A stretch of 64,000 bases of DNA from Dipteris shenzhenensis. Its lineage: Eukaryota. Within the stretch, counting starts at the first letter, position 1. Each line of letters opens with the position of its first letter. The translations under genes and the position numbers were made by a program. The notes beneath the pieces are model-generated. The model saw nothing but the letters and a program-made list of their open reading frames with translations. It was not told where the DNA came from and ran no database searches. Below, piece by piece: positions 1 through 13,600 of this stretch. The DNA is taken from NCBI GenBank assembly GCA_047967505.1, contig CM106538.1. The stretch is one strand, 5' to 3'.

Positions 1-1639
1 AGTGCTATCAAACAAAGTCTGGGCAAAAGCCCCTTGATCTGACACCTGAATCAAGTGGAGAACACCTCAACACTGAGGTAGCATGCAATATGAGATCTCT
101 CTGACACTTGTACCTGACAATGTGCAATGCATAGACTGCCCCTGTGTACTCAGTAACAACACAAATCACAAAGTACAAACACCAAGAAGAAAATCTTTTG
201 AGCACTGTCAACGATGGGCAGTTAGGGACCGAGTAAACTCGATGCGCCCTGACCAAGCGTGGCTCAACTGAGATTTTCAAAGTGCGTACAAAGAATGTGA
301 CCTGCAACAAATGTCACCAAATGCACTACGGAAACAAAGCAAATGTGTGCTCCCTGGCTACACACTGCCTCAAGGCATATACTGCAAACACATCCAGGCA
401 AAAGCCCTTTGAAATGGTCACCCAAAACTGAGAATTGCACTCAGTAAATGCATAGAAGCTTCTGCAAAACAAGCATCTGACCTTCCTGAATGACAAGTAA
501 CTGCGCAAACACCACCACTGTGGCACAAGTCACCTCAAGCGTGAGTGACACGAGAGTACCTGCTGTACCTCAACAAATGCACAGTATACAGCTGAAATGC
601 TTCAGGAATGTATCAGAAATGCTTCATGTACTGCGCGTACATGCACAAAACAGAGTGCTTCAGCACTATTCCTCTTCCAACAAAAAATGTGTCTGCTGTA
701 CTTTTCAGTACCTGCAGAGTACCTGCTGTACTTCTGTCCCTGCAGCAGGCACGCTTCCCCCCAAAAAAAAAGTCGAGTCTTTGCAGCAAAGAAAACGAGT
801 GCCCTGATGTACTTTACTGTACCTGCAGGTAGGTGAAGGACTGCAGGTGAGTCGCCGTACAGTTGTACGGCAGTCCGTACGACTGTACGGCAGTCCGTAC
901 GACTGTACGGCAGTCCGTACGGCTGCCTCGAAGCAGCTGCGCCGCTGCGCAGCGCCGCCCTTGGAGTAGCGCGACGCCCGAAGAGTCAGCTGCTGTGCAG
1001 CTGCCTGATGCAGCCGCCGCCCTGAAGCTGCCCTGCGAAATGCGCCGCCGCCTTGAAGCTGCCCTGCGAAATGCGCCGCCCTGAAGCTGCCCACGACACA
1101 GCCCGTGCCCTAGCTGCGAAATGCGCCGCCGCGCACCGTCGTCCTGCGCAGGTCGAGCCCGTTCGTACGGTTGTACGGACGACGTACGGCCGTACGGATC
1201 TGTCCGTACGTCCGTACGGAAAGGGTAGGCTAGGGAGAGGAGGCTGGGTAGGGAACGGGGAAGCTAGGTAGGCTTTGATACCAGTTGAAAGGGGGAGAGT
1301 AGTGGAAGAGAGAGCAAGGGAGTGAGAGTGAGAGAGAGTGACACTCTAGTGCGGGTGTGAAGAATGATGAGCCACACCACAAACTCACTTATGTTTTATT
1401 AGGATTAGGTTTACCCTATGACTGTCTTAAGACAGTCATAGGTGTCCTATCTTTTAATGAAGGGTTGGCAATGTGCCTTTACCCCAACAACCATAAAATG
1501 CTACCATATAGAGGGCTGGTACTTGAGCATGTCATGCTCCATAACAAGAAAACAACAAAACTGAATATCATGACTGAAACTCCTCTGGAACTAAGATAAT
1601 ATAACTTGAAACTGAAACACTTGGTCACTAATGACAACA
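1..1639 (-). mobile_element. 5' end of an LTR retrotransposon (5' LTR 1286-1639, PBS, GTAC-rich leader); continues off the left edge
   Basis: GGCTTTGATACCA at 1271-1283 is the reverse complement of a tRNA-iMet PBS (TGGTATCAAAGCC). The adjacent segment is bounded by TG (1286) and CA (1639). Its end (ttggtcact...aaca) resembles the LTR end at 16270-16304. No coding region is in the window. Confidence 0.7.
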
Positions 1640-1899
1640 TGGAATCCCGCCATAAAGGATCGGATACTTGATCATCTCATCCTCCATAAGAACATAATCG
1701 ATTATCATGACTAGTTATCATAGCTCAAATTTCTAATTGAAGATCATAAAATCAGGCGCATGACTATCAACTTGCCAACTTTGAACATACTACCCTCAAA
1801 TAGGTTTGATCTTGAATCTATCATGAATCTATCATGAATCTAACTCTTCAATTCATAAAAGATATACAAGTAGTCTTTGACACTTCTCCTCTTTGGCAC

Positions 1900-3250
1900 A
1901 TGCTGCTCAAAACCATAAATTGGATGTAATAACTTTGAGATTCTTTTGTCCTTGTACAGCAGTAATAGTGCCCTCGGATCTCATAGTAAGCAGGGCAAAC
2001 ACATAGGAAGTGCTCCTTTGTCTCCATTGCTGCAAATGTACATAGGATGCAAGTCCATTGCTCTCGAGGTATACTTGCGGCTTTCCCTGTCTCAATCCTC
2101 AACTGGTGAGACGAGACCCATATCTATCCTATAGCAATCCTCAGTGCATGGTTAACCCGTCTGTCCTCTAGCTGAGGCCTAATGATCAGTCCATGCTCTG
2201 ATACTCTTAGCAAGTGGTCTCGGTAAAACTGGATCTTGGTGGGGATCTCTTGGTCTCCCTCCCAAGTTCGTGCTATGTATAACTGAAGTAGGTCCAACCG
2301 TATGATACTGTTGATCTCGTTGCGTGGGATCTGAAGGGATGGGGAGTCCAATTGTGTAGGAAGGGGGGGAGGCGATCTATTTCTCTGTGTAGATATGCCA
2401 CTGTCTGGAAGATGGCATCAGTCTGCAGTGGTGTCAGCGAATTCAGCGTGTATGATCTGGTGAGGGACTGATGGCTTACTCCTAATCATCCTGGACCCCA
2501 TGGTAATCTGTAGCCTCTCAAACTTCCGCCACTCAGATATTGGCAGGTCACATCCCCAAAAGGGTGCTGCATACATGGCCGTCGGTCTCACTAGTGTATC
2601 AAAGTGCCACCCCTTTGTCAGGAAACCCCTAGTGTGCTTGGAAGCACGGTCTCTCTAGTTGTGCCAGAGCCCCCTACCCTCGTGTGAGTCGCGCTTGAGC
2701 TGCATGTGTCATCGTGAAGATAGGTCTCGCAAAAACAGCTCCAAGATAGGTGTATGAATGTACTATCTCCACTGGCTCTCCTCGGTATGTGAAACTATGT
2801 CGCTGAGGTACCGCTCGTGATGTATTGAAGATCATAACCTTGGTTTTGCCAAGGTTGACCGTCAAGTCTCTCTCTACAAAATGCATCAAGAGACTCAAGA
2901 TGGCGCTGTAGACCCGCCGCAGAGGAGGAGATGAGTACTATGTCGTCTGCGTATAGTAATATCTAGATCATCAAATTTGCGAGCAAGGATCCCTCTCCAC
3001 CTAAGCGGTCATTGAATGTCGTAATCTAATCAATGTAGAGCCCAAAGAGTGTTGGAGAGAGGGGACATCCTTGCTTCACTCCGATCGTGCTCTCAATCCA
3101 GTCTGACAGGCTTGATAGGCCACCAAGTGCACGACCCTCCCTCTGACAGACTCATATAAGCTCATCACACCCCAAATCATGACTCCCGGTATATGCATCT
3201 CCTGACGCCTCCGAATTAGGCGAGCTCGTGGTACTGTGTCAAAGGCCTTG
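1900..3250 (-). mobile_element. Degenerate RTE-like non-LTR retrotransposon ORF2 fragment (RT plus C-terminal CCHC-like region)
   Basis: Minus-strand peptides KAFDTVPRARL, QGCPLSPTLFGLY, LYADD, VNLGKTKVMIFN and IETG...CILC...ETKEHFLCVCPAYYEIR, broken by stops and frameshifts. Confidence 0.85.
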
Positions 3251-3251
3251 C

Positions 3252-3309
3252 TGAGAGAGAGAGTGTTTAAGGCCAAAGGATCTATGAGACTGAAAAATAC
3301 TAGATACAT

Positions 3310-3348
<39 letters not shown>

Positions 3349-3400
3349 TGTGTGTGTTTAAGGCCAAAGGGTCTATGAGACTGAAAAATACTAGATACAT
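3252..3400 (-). repeat. Two tandem LINE 3'-end modules, each next to an (AG)n tract
   Basis: gtgtttaaggccaaagg(a/g)tctatgagactgaaaaatactagatacatt occurs at ~3263-3310 and ~3354-3401. Confidence 0.75.
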
Positions 3401-3599
3401 TGAGTTGAATGGGTGGAGCATCTAAGCGACATGTGCACCCAAGACAAATACAACATAAACATAACATGAGTACAAAGTGTCTGTAAACATAACACGAGTA
3501 CAAGAGTACAAAGTGTCTGAGTCCATGTTCATGTACCATCTCAGCTGAGACATAAGCTTGATGACAAGGCAATCAAATGCATATTTATTGGTTACAGCC

Positions 3600-5978
3600 A
3601 CGAGAGCAGAGGGTATCGGTTATACCAACCAAATACTGGGAAGATTATTGTTAGTAGAGATGTAATCTTTGCTGAACATTCAGCTTCTCCTCTTGTGGAC
3701 TGCAAAGCTAAGCCAGAAGTTGACTTGTTTGATGCCTTTGAATCTTGGTTACCTCTGCCATCCTTAGAAGAGGATTTTGATCAGCAACATGAACCTCCTG
3801 CAGGCCCTTCAACAAGCAATGATCAGCCACTATCCCATACTGATTTGCAGATTTCTCTTCCAGCACAAAATGATCCCACTATTCATGATGCAGTGATTGA
3901 AGAAAGAGCTGTCAATAGACAGCAAAAGCAAGTTCCCAGGTGGCTTCTTGATACATTGAGGGATAGCAAACAAGACCAGCCCTTTGCTGTCCGGACAAGA
4001 TCAGGGAATAGACAGATGCATGGTCACTTTCTTGAGTTTGCACTCCTTGCTACAGCTTGCAATGAAGAGCCTTTGTGCCATAAAGATGCTTTTGATAGCA
4101 AAGAGTGGATGGATGCAATGAAAGCTGAGTTACAATCCATTGCCAAAAATGACACATGGGAATTGGTAGATCTCCCTCCCGGCAAGCATGCCATTGGTAC
4201 CCGGTGGGTCTACAAATTAAAAAGGAAATATGATGGCAATATAGATCGATACAAAGCTCGTCTTGTTGCAAAAGGGTATGCCCAACAACAAGGCATTGAC
4301 TTTGAGGAGACCTTTGCTCCCACATCCAGGATTACTACCATTAGATGTGTCATTGCCATTGCAGCCCATCATCATTGGCAAGTGCACCAGCTTGATATCA
4401 AAACTGCTTTTCTTCATGGGGATCTGCAGAAAGAAGTCTATGTTAAACAACCTCTTGGCTTTGAGGTTGTTAATTCTGAAAACAAGGTATGCCGGCTGAG
4501 AAAAGCCCTTTATGGTTTGAAGCAGACACCCACGGCATGGTATGCCAAAATTCATGCACATTTACTATCTCTTGGTTTTCAGAATAGCCCCATAGAACTC
4601 ACTCTTTATGTCCGTGGGAGTGGATCTGATTTTTTAGTGCTGATTTTATATGTGGATGATATGCTCATCACGGGCCCAGATACTCAGCATATTGCAGTTT
4701 TCAAGGCTGATTTGCAGCAGGTTTTTGAAATGTCAGACATGGGACAGCTCCACTATTATTTGGGCATTCAGTTTGCTCATGTTGAGGGGGGTATCATGAT
4801 GTCACAGTCCAAGTATATTGGACAGCTCCTTGATCGTTTTCAGTTCGAAGATTGCAAGCCAATCTCTACTCCAGTGGACCCTGGCTTCAAATTCTCAGCT
4901 CATGATGGGAGCCCACCATGTGATATCACTCTTTATCAGCAGGATGTTGGATGCCTTATTTATTTATGTCACACCAGACCTGACTTACAGTATGCAGTAT
5001 CTCAGCTCAGCAGATTCATGCACATGCCTAGTTCACAGCATTGGCAGGCAGTGAAGAGAGTTTTCAGATATCTCAAAGGCACTCAGGATTTAGCCTTCTA
5101 TGGTGATTAGGGTTCACTTACCTTGCATGTTTACATGGATAGTGACTGGGCAAGATGTTCCGACACCAGAGTGTCACATACCGGCAATTGTTTTTTGCAA
5201 TTCATGTATCTCTTGGCTTAGCAAGAAGCAACCAACAGTTGCCACATCTAGCTGTGAGGCTGAGTACAGGGCAGCTTTCACCGCTACAGTAGAGTGTGTT
5301 TGGCTTCGCCAGTTACTTACAGTTTTTGGTTTTTCGCCAGTCATCCTCCACTATGGTCTATACTAACAACCAGAGTGCTTTGGCCATTGCGCGTAACCTA
5401 GTGTTTCATGCGCATACCAAGCATATTGAAGTTCACTATCATTATGTTCGGGAGCGGTTGTCAGCAGGAGACATAGAGTTGTCCTATCTTCCCACAGAGG
5501 AAAACATAGCAGATATGTTTACAAAGGCACTTCCTCGTCCCAAGTTCGAAGTCTTCCGACAGGCTTTACACTTGGTTCCCTTTGTTACATGATCTGACAT
5601 CCCTTGTATATTCATAGGTGGCTATATCCTTTTGGATGAACATGTGCCACCATGACCAGAAAATACCAGGTATTCTGAGACGTTATACTTCAGCCCATCC
5701 CATGGAGGGGGGTTTGTAGGCCATCTTCTGGTGGTTCTAGTGATGCCCTATAGGCCATGGCATGTGCCTTGTAGGCATAAATATACGCACTTATAGTTTT
5801 AGTGCCTTTTAGGCCACATAGGACACTTAGTCCTATGTGACACCTAGGACACTTTGTCCTAGGTCTAGGTACAAGTACTTTGTACTCTTTCTTTTTTCTA
5901 CTACTCTAGTTGACGTGACGGCTGATTCTCATCGACTCTTTGTACCTTGTATTCTCTCTTTTGCTTATCGATCCTACA
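3600..5978 (+). mobile_element. 5'-truncated Ty1/Copia retrotransposon (integrase C-terminus, RT, RNase H, PPT, 3' LTR 5715-5978)
   Basis: ORF 3695-5110 has RYKARLVAKG, QLDIKTAFLHG, LYGLKQ and LYVDDM. RNase H motifs SSCEAEY and KHIEVHYH lie at 5100-5592. PPT ATGGAGGGGGG precedes an LTR bounded TGTAGG...CCTACA. Confidence 0.93.
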
Positions 5979-7575
5979 GGTTTGAGAGCTCATTGGGAGC
6001 CCATGGTCCAGTTTATCTAGAGATATATTTGGGTTGTGATCTATGCGGATCATCCACTAGGGTCTGATTGCTCCGGTTGGTCATTTGGATGCGGACCTTG
6101 CCAAAGGAAGGACACTGCCCCGATCATTGGATCTTCTCATTCTGCTCTGGATCTTCTGGAATCTGCTCCACATCTCCACCAGTCTTCTGATGGCTCTCTG
6201 GCATTCCAACCTGTCTGCAGCATCCTTCAGACGCTACCCAGACCTATGTGATACCCCAACCTGTCCCAGACTTCTGGGCAACTTCCAGCACCAGTCGCAT
6301 CTTTCCAGACCTTTCCAGGCCAGCACACCCTGTGCCAAACTGCTCCGTACAGCCATGCCTCTGTTCCGTACTGATCCAGTCCACCAGATGCCCTCCAAAC
6401 AGCCAGGTAAGGTCCCTTCTGCTGCCCACATGGCAGCCTAGCTGTTGCCCATTTGGCAGCCCTGATTTTATTTTGTACATGATATTTGCTGTCCACATGG
6501 CAGCCCATGTGCTGCCCATGTGGCAGCCTAGCATTTCTTGTTAGATCTGCCCATGTGGCAGACCCACCCACTGCCCACATAGCATCTAACCTATGCTAGT
6601 ACACCTCCCCCATGCTCTCTTCATTCAAGGGCTCACAGATGGGGAGGTGACCATCTAAACTCCAACAGCCCCTCTCACCAACACATTGTGGGCCAACCCA
6701 AACTCGTTGATGCAGATGCTCTATTGGCTCCCGCTGAAAAGCGTGGGAATGAAGCAGAACTGCTACACAGCAGTCTGGCACCTGAAATGAGGCCTGTATT
6801 CATACAGTTAGCAGGTCGGCTGGTAGGGACGCGCAGACTTGGAAAGTCATCTGGTTGGCTGACTTTCTAGCCTATAAAAGGTGCCCTTCAGGGGTCTTTC
6901 AAAGAATGAAAGAATGAAAATAGATGCTATATGCAATTCCTTATATCTCTGTTTCTGGGATAATATCTCTATATTTCTGAGCTGCGTGGTTCATAAGAGA
7001 TGAAGAAGTTCTCATTTTGTTCATCAATGAGAGAAAGTGTCTGCTATATCTGATTCAATCTGCATTTAACAATGATATTAGATTCCGGAGTCTGATGGGC
7101 TGTCCAGGAGGAGTAGCAGGAAGGTGTGTTTGCAGCACACACATATGAGGCCCACGCAGGCTCAGTGTAGGAGTATCTATAAGAGTACTCCACTTGTGCA
7201 ACACCAAGGCTCCCAAATGACTCTGTCAGGAATAATTTAGTGCGTTTACCAGGTAGAGCCCCTACCCAATAGCCCTCTTGATTGTTTCCTGTGTTCCCTC
7301 TAGGGTAAATGGGCCAGTATTTTAGCAAGCACTGGGTTTGCCCAAGAGACTCTGCGGGTCTTTAGAAACCCAGTATAGCTGCTTATGCTTGGGCTCTGAT
7401 GATGACATAAGTGTTGCTTTGCTTGCTAAGTATGTCTTCCTTTTGTCCTTGCAGATGATGAGAAGCGGCTCTAACAGCCATCTAGGGACTGTTTTTTGTT
7501 GCCTTGTGACACTAGCCTGATCAATGTGAGGGAATTCAGACTGAATATCAGAACCTTTTTTGGCTGTAAATCACC
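5979..7575 (+). mobile_element. Probable long-LTR remnant (non-coding), related to ~45890-47300 in opposite orientation
   Basis: The two regions share ttctagcc(c)tat(a/c)aaagg(t)gccc...gggg (6865-6895 vs reverse complement of 46605-46635), ctcacagatgggga, and cccatgtggcagcc-type repeats. Boundaries are uncertain. Confidence 0.4.
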
Positions 7576-8943
7576 TGCTAGTGACTGAGTTGGAGCCTCC
7601 ACAGACTTATCAAGTCTGAAGTAGACTTGAACAAGGAGAAGATCTTTGGACTTAAGAACGACAAAAATTTCTAAATTTGTACGATTGGATATATTCTAGT
7701 TGTACAAAGGTATATATAAAGGCCCAGTCTTGTGCACCCTTATCATTTTCATAGTATAAGGGGTTGCACATTTTTCCTTTTTCATGCCTCTATTGGGTCT
7801 TTCCATCGAGAAATTAGGGGGAATGCTGGCATTTTAAAGGCACTTGCCTCTTAACTAGCCCCTTTACCCTACTCTGCAAGATGTTTACTCGTCTTACTGC
7901 ATGTCTGCCTGCCTACATTAGAGTATCCCAAAAAATTGGGAGTTGATATTGTGGGGTGCAGCTGTAGGCGATGTCCATAGGAGAATTGCTCACAGTTTTT
8001 ATCATGTTCTTGAGCATCAGTTGCTGTTAATTGAATCTCAATAACTACAGCAAGAGCTAAAGCCTGAAAGGCCCATAGAGGCTCAGTATGAAGGACATTG
8101 TGTAAAGAAATCATGTGTGTCTGTTCAGAATGGTCTGCATTCACTATTGGACCCTGATGATGGTAGTTGGGAGCTAGTCCTCCTAGTTTCAATGGAATTT
8201 ATGGTTTTCAACCTTGTGTGTGACTCTCATGAGGTAAAGGCTGCAGTTTTGCAGGATATATCATATGCTTAGGCATGTCGTTATAGACATCTAGATATAT
8301 CATATTCTTAGGCATGTCGTTATATACATCTGGATATATGTTATGCCAATCAACCACTCTTATGGATTTATAAATGGCATGAACAATCTGGCCTTAAAAT
8401 GAGTTTCTCAGATAGTTTCATGGTCGTGTTTTTTCTCTATATAGCAATAGTCTAATTCATACAAACTTATGATGGGAAACCTTTGCCATCATTACTATCA
8501 ACAGTCCACTACATCAGCTTCACCTACTTTTGCACCTCTCCTACATTCGTTGAGGAGCTCATTTCAATTCATTATCTAAACATATAACTTCTCTGTAAAT
8601 AAGATCACTCTTATTCTCAAGCTCTGCCAATGGTTATGGCACATGGAGCACTAGGAGAAAATAGAAACATGAGACGAATGTAATTGGATATCGATCGGAC
8701 AATTTAGGTCATAACTCAAATCACTGGCAAAAAGAGACTTGGGTGTGAGCTCAATCCTTGTGCTTGTACTAAATAGGGTTTCACCCGTGCAACAACCCAT
8801 TGACATAGGGCTCAAATATGGAACGATGATTTTGCAATGGCTTATACCATACATTGATGATTGCCATCCACTAGAAAATTTTCACAAGTGCTAGTTTGGG
8901 CTTTTATTGTATCCATAAACTTCCTCATATGACATGGTTTCAG

Positions 8944-9046
8944 GCTGATGTGTATGGCTGTGTACATGGACCCTGAGGGCGAGCGCAAATATCTTCCCCA
9001 ATACTTCAAATTTGTTGCCTCAAATCCCCTGTCTGTTCGAACAAAG
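8944..9046 (+). CDS. TRAPPC13: TRAPPC13 exon (first visible; earlier exons lie upstream of the window)
   Basis: cag|G CTG ATG...ACA AAG|gtaa encodes LMCMAVYMDPEGERKYLPQYFKFVASNPLSVRTK, matching the plant TRAPPC13 motif GERKYLPQFFKF...NPLSVRTK. Confidence 0.92.
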
Positions 9047-9202
9047 GTAAAACTGCTCTAGCCAATTTCTTGAACATAAACTTTGGGTTAATCTCAATGT
9101 TCATGTAAACTTGGAGTAGAGATCAAGTTGTGTAAGCAAACTCAAGACTATCAGTATCCTTTATGTTTGATTCTCTCACCGCTGGGTTGATGCATTTTGC
9201 AG

Positions 9203-9217
9203 GTGCGGACTGTGAAG
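9203..9217 (+). CDS. TRAPPC13: TRAPPC13 15-nt micro-exon (VRTVK)
   Basis: tgcag|GTGCGGACTGTGAAG|gtagg is phase 0/0 and fills the expected VRxVK gap. Confidence 0.85.
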
Positions 9218-9373
9218 GTAGGGGTGGATGCATCTTGCTTTAAGTCTTCAAGCACTCTTCTTTGTGTGATAGCAGTTGAGAGATAAACTTGCTTTTGCAT
9301 TTGTAAAAGACAGGTTTTGGTATTTAATTAGTTTTCCATTTTCAAATTTCTCTCTTTGTTTTGTTGAATTTAG

Positions 9374-9519
9374 GATAGCACATTCCTCGAGGCTTGCATT
9401 GAAAACCATACTAAATCACACCTGTTTATGGATCAAGTGCGCTTTGAGCCAGTTCTACCATGGACAGTGACAGTCATACAAGTGGAAGATGATACTTGCT
9501 CATCTGATCTCTTTGAAAG
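9374..9519 (+). CDS. TRAPPC13: TRAPPC13 exon
   Basis: tag|DSTFLEACIENHTKSHLFMDQVRFEPVLPWTVTVIQVEDDTCSSDLFE-AG|gt. It ends in phase 2, consistent with the next exon. Confidence 0.9.
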
Positions 9520-9638
9520 GTGATGACAATGGTGACTTGAAGAGTTGAAAGCTTCTCATGAACTGGAAAATTTGATGTTTGAAAGCAGTTTTATGCTTCT
9601 TGAAAAATGTTGGAGCTGATGTGCGTTTGAACTTACAG

Positions 9639-9834
9639 TACAATTTGTAAACAGTCACAATTGATAAGAGCTAATGGAGGAGTTCGCAATTATTTGTACC
9701 AATTGAAACAACCCTTAACAGAACTGGCTTCTATAAGAGTTGAGGGTAGTAACACTCTTGGAAAATTGGAAATCACCTGGCGGACGACCCTGGGTGAACC
9801 TGGTCGCCTTCAAACTCAGCAAATTTTAGGCAGC
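9639..9834 (+). CDS. TRAPPC13: TRAPPC13 exon
   Basis: cag|T...LIRANGGVRNYLYQLK...GSNTLGKLEITWRTTLGEPGRLQTQQILGS|gtaagt. WRT.LGEPGRLQT is a family hallmark. Confidence 0.95.
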
Positions 9835-10139
9835 GTAAGTGCTTGCTTGGGGAATAGGCATTTCCATTCCAAACGCTTGAATTTCTTTTGGTATTATATA
9901 TACATGCATGCCTACACTTCTTTACACTTATGGAGATTCAGCCATATTGGCTTTTATTCATAGGCATACACCTACATGCATGCATTGCTGTCCATGGTTA
10001 TATTAAGGTATATGTGCTTGTACATGTCATGCACCCAGATTGTGGGCTTATCAAGGCCTTTACTTTTGGTCAGTGAAATTCTAAATTTGTATGATTGGAC
10101 TTATTCTAGTCTTACAAAGGTATAAAAAAAAAAAAAATT

Positions 10140-10550
10140 TTATGGTTGATAAGGATCCGAGTAGGATGTCTAGGATGGACTCTATGATACACATAGAAGC
10201 TAAAACAAAATAACAAGAATCTAGTACTCAGGCTCGAGATAAAAAAATATAGCCCGGTGCAAGGGTGGCTCTCCTATGAGCTGCAAAGATATCTCGTATT
10301 TGTGTTTGCTGGTCGTCTCTCTCAGCGGTGGGGGATGTGGTCTCCGTGATCTCTGTATCCAGCAGGCCATATCGATGGTGACCCCTCTGGTCGGACGATT
10401 TCCCCTAAGTAAAAGCTGCGATGGGGTGGATCTCCATCATGTGTGCCCTGGTCTGTCTCTGCATCTCCATGTGAGACCCTTCAGGATCTATGGGGCTGGT
10501 GATCGCTATCAACGAGTAGCGACCCCTTACATCCAGTGAGAAAAAATATT
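10140..10550 (-). mobile_element. Probable 3' fragment of an RTE-like LINE
   Basis: Resembles the C-terminal/3' UTR segments at 36200-36900 and 44050-44500, with a ctatgatac variant of the 3' motif. Weak. Confidence 0.35.
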
Positions 10551-10653
10551 ACCGACTTGTTATGTAGTGAGTACTTCTTGGGCTCGCTTGTGTGCTAGCC
10601 CCAGTACCTCGTGCTCTTGAAGAGTCCTCCTCCACCTAAGGGCGTGAGTCTGT

Positions 10654-13600
10654 TGTGAGTACTAATGGAGAGAGAGCAGAGTGTGTGAGCAAGATAGCAA
10701 GAGAGTAGGAGAGTGAGAGCTGAAAGCAATAGTTGCAATAGAAGAGTGTGATACAACTGAAGAGTGGGATAGGTTTTGTCTAAGTGACAAAACCTTATCC
10801 TTCACTAACCGTAGTTAGTGAACTAACTGTGGTTAGGGGGCACTGCGAAATGCCTCAAACTTTTCACGTGGAAGTGCTTTGGTGAAAATGTCTGCAACAT
10901 TGTCATGTGTTGACACATAGATCATACTGATCTCTCCTGCATGCAACTTCTCTCTGACGTAGTGATAGTGAACCTCAATGTGCTTCGTGCGAGCATGAAA
11001 CACAGGATTCTTTGCCACTGCAATAGCCCTCTGACTATCAGTGAGAATTGGAGAAGGACCCTCCAATGAGAGATGAAGATCAGCAAATAAACGACGCAAC
11101 CAAACACATTCAATTGTCGCTGTGAAAGCTGTCCTATACTCAGCTTCACGAGGAGGTAGCCACTGTAGACTGTTTCTTGCTCAACCAAGAAATACAAGCT
11201 TTGCCCAAAAAGAAACAATTGCCACTTGTGGACTGCCTAGTGTCATAGTATCCAGCCCAATTTGAGTCACTGTAGGCATGCATCTACAAGTCACCCCCCC
11301 TGGGAAACATCAAGCCAAAAGACTTTGTACCTTGCAAGTAACGGAAGATGCGTTTTACAGCCTGCCAATGCATAGTCTTTGGGCTGTGCATATACCTGCT
11401 CACCTGAGAAACTGCAAACTGAATATCAGGTCGTGTATTGCAGAGATAAATGAGGCATCCAACAGCCTGACTATAGAGTGTGACATCAATTGATTCACCT
11501 GCATCATGCATTGTAAGCTTTAGCCCCGGCTCCATGGGAGTAGCTATGGGCTTACAATCGTGCATGTTGAATCTGTCCAAGAGTTTCTGCACATACTTGA
11601 ATTGAGACATAACGATGCCACTTTTCTCTTGAGTGAACTGGATCCCCAAATAAAAGTGTAGCAGCCCCAAATCTGACATGTCAAAAGTGGTCTGCAATTC
11701 AGCTTTAAAATATGCAATATTATCCTCATTTGACCCTGTGAGCAGTAAGTCATCTACATAAAGAATGATGACTAAAATATCCCCCCCATCCTTCTTGATG
11801 TAGAGGGTGCTCTCAGCTGGACTATTGTGCAGCCCCTTGCTGGTCAGAAAGGCATGAATTTTGGCATACCATGCACGTGGGGCTTGTTTCAGCCCATGCA
11901 AAGCTTTATTCAGCTTGCATACCTGAAGTGCATTTCCTGAAATTTTAAAGCCCGGAGGTTGTTTGACATAAACCTCTTCCAACAAGTCTCCATTAAGGAA
12001 AGCTGTTTTAATGTCCAACTGATGAACATTCCATTCAAAATTTAAAGCCATGGCTATAACTAACTGGATGGTTGTCATTCTGGATGTAGGAGCAAAAGTC
12101 TCCTCATAGTCTATGCCTTGATTCTGAGCATATCCTTTTGCAACCAGCCTTGCCTTGTACCGATCAATGGACCCATCTGGCTTTCTTTTGACTTTGAAAA
12201 CCCACCGTCTACCTATGGCATGTTTACCTGGTGGCAAATCCACAACTTCCCATGTCTGATTTTTCTGAATGGACTGCAATTCATCGTGCATGGCATTCAT
12301 CCAATGCACATTATCCTGTGCTTCTTCAAATGTCTCAGGTTCTCATCAAGAAGAGTACCTGCATAAGTTGATTCAACTGAAAGAGCTCCCCCCCCATGCC
12401 TTACTGCACTACGAGTTTTGCCAGGTAATGGAGCATCAATTTTACTCTCCCTGAGAGTTTGTAACAGCCAATTTGGAACTGTTTTTGCTGCATGTATATC
12501 TGCAATTTCTTGCTGAACAACCTCTTCCACTGCTTGTGGAGGTGGTAAGACATCCTATGGCTGAATCGGAGCATGTGGAGGTATTGCATCAGATATATCA
12601 GCAGGGGAACCCAAGGCAATGGGTAGTAATCCCTCAAAGACATCATCGGAAGAAGTAGGCATATCAAATTCAGCTTGAGTATGAGCTGAATTTACTCAAA
12701 ATATAACATCTCTATTGACAATAATCTTGTGTGTGACAGGATTGTAGAGACGGTAGCCCTTGCTCTCTGCACTGTACCCAACAAAAATGCATTTGATTGC
12801 CTTCTCAGACAACTTATGCCGAAACTCAACGGGCACATGAGCATATGCAAGGCATCCAAAAACATGAAAATTATCCACAGAAGGCTTTCTCCCTTTCCAA
12901 ACTTAATAGGGAGTCTTGGTCTTCAAAGCTTTTGTGGGAGCCCGATTCAAAACATAATTGGCACACATGAGACCTTCAAGCCAAAATTTGTGAGGCAATT
13001 TTTTGCTTTTTAGCATGCATCTATCCATCTCCATAAGAGTACGATTTTTCCTCTCAGCTTTGCCATTTTGCTGAGGGGTTAGCCTCAGTGTAAGCTGATG
13101 TGCAATGCCCCCGTCTTTCAAAAATGTATCAAAATCTATAGACAAATACTCCCCTCCTCTATCTGTGCGTAATATCTGTATCTTGAGTCCTGATTCATTC
13201 TCAACCATGACTGCAAAGTGTTTGAAAACCATAAACACTTCTGATTTGCGTTTCAGCCCATAAACCCAAGTGTAGTTGGAGTAGTCATCTATAAAAGTGA
13301 CAAAGTAAAGATGACCACCCAATGATGGAGTCCTCATGGGACCACAGACATCACTATGAATAAGCTGTAATTTTCGAACAGCTTTTACTGATCCATCCTT
13401 CTTGAAAGGAAATTTGTGCATTTTACCAAGAATGCACCCTTCACAGGCATGTGGAGGAGGTGTTTCAAGAGGAGGCAATGCATCAACCATAGCATGTTTT
13501 TGAAGTGTCATCAAGCTGCCATAATGCATGTGTCCATATCTGGCATGCCATAACTCCGCATTCTGCATAGGAGCAGTAGGAGTGGAAACTGCAAGAGCAT

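Noticed and set aside
855-1130. Short regular repeats that could suggest a CRISPR array
   Set aside because: The units are directly tandem with no unique spacers, there are no cas genes, and they lie in a retrotransposon leader.
7455-7473. Strong-looking acceptor (ttttgtccttgcag) as a possible TRAPPC13 exon
   Set aside because: The following sequence does not match the protein family and lies within a probable LTR remnant.
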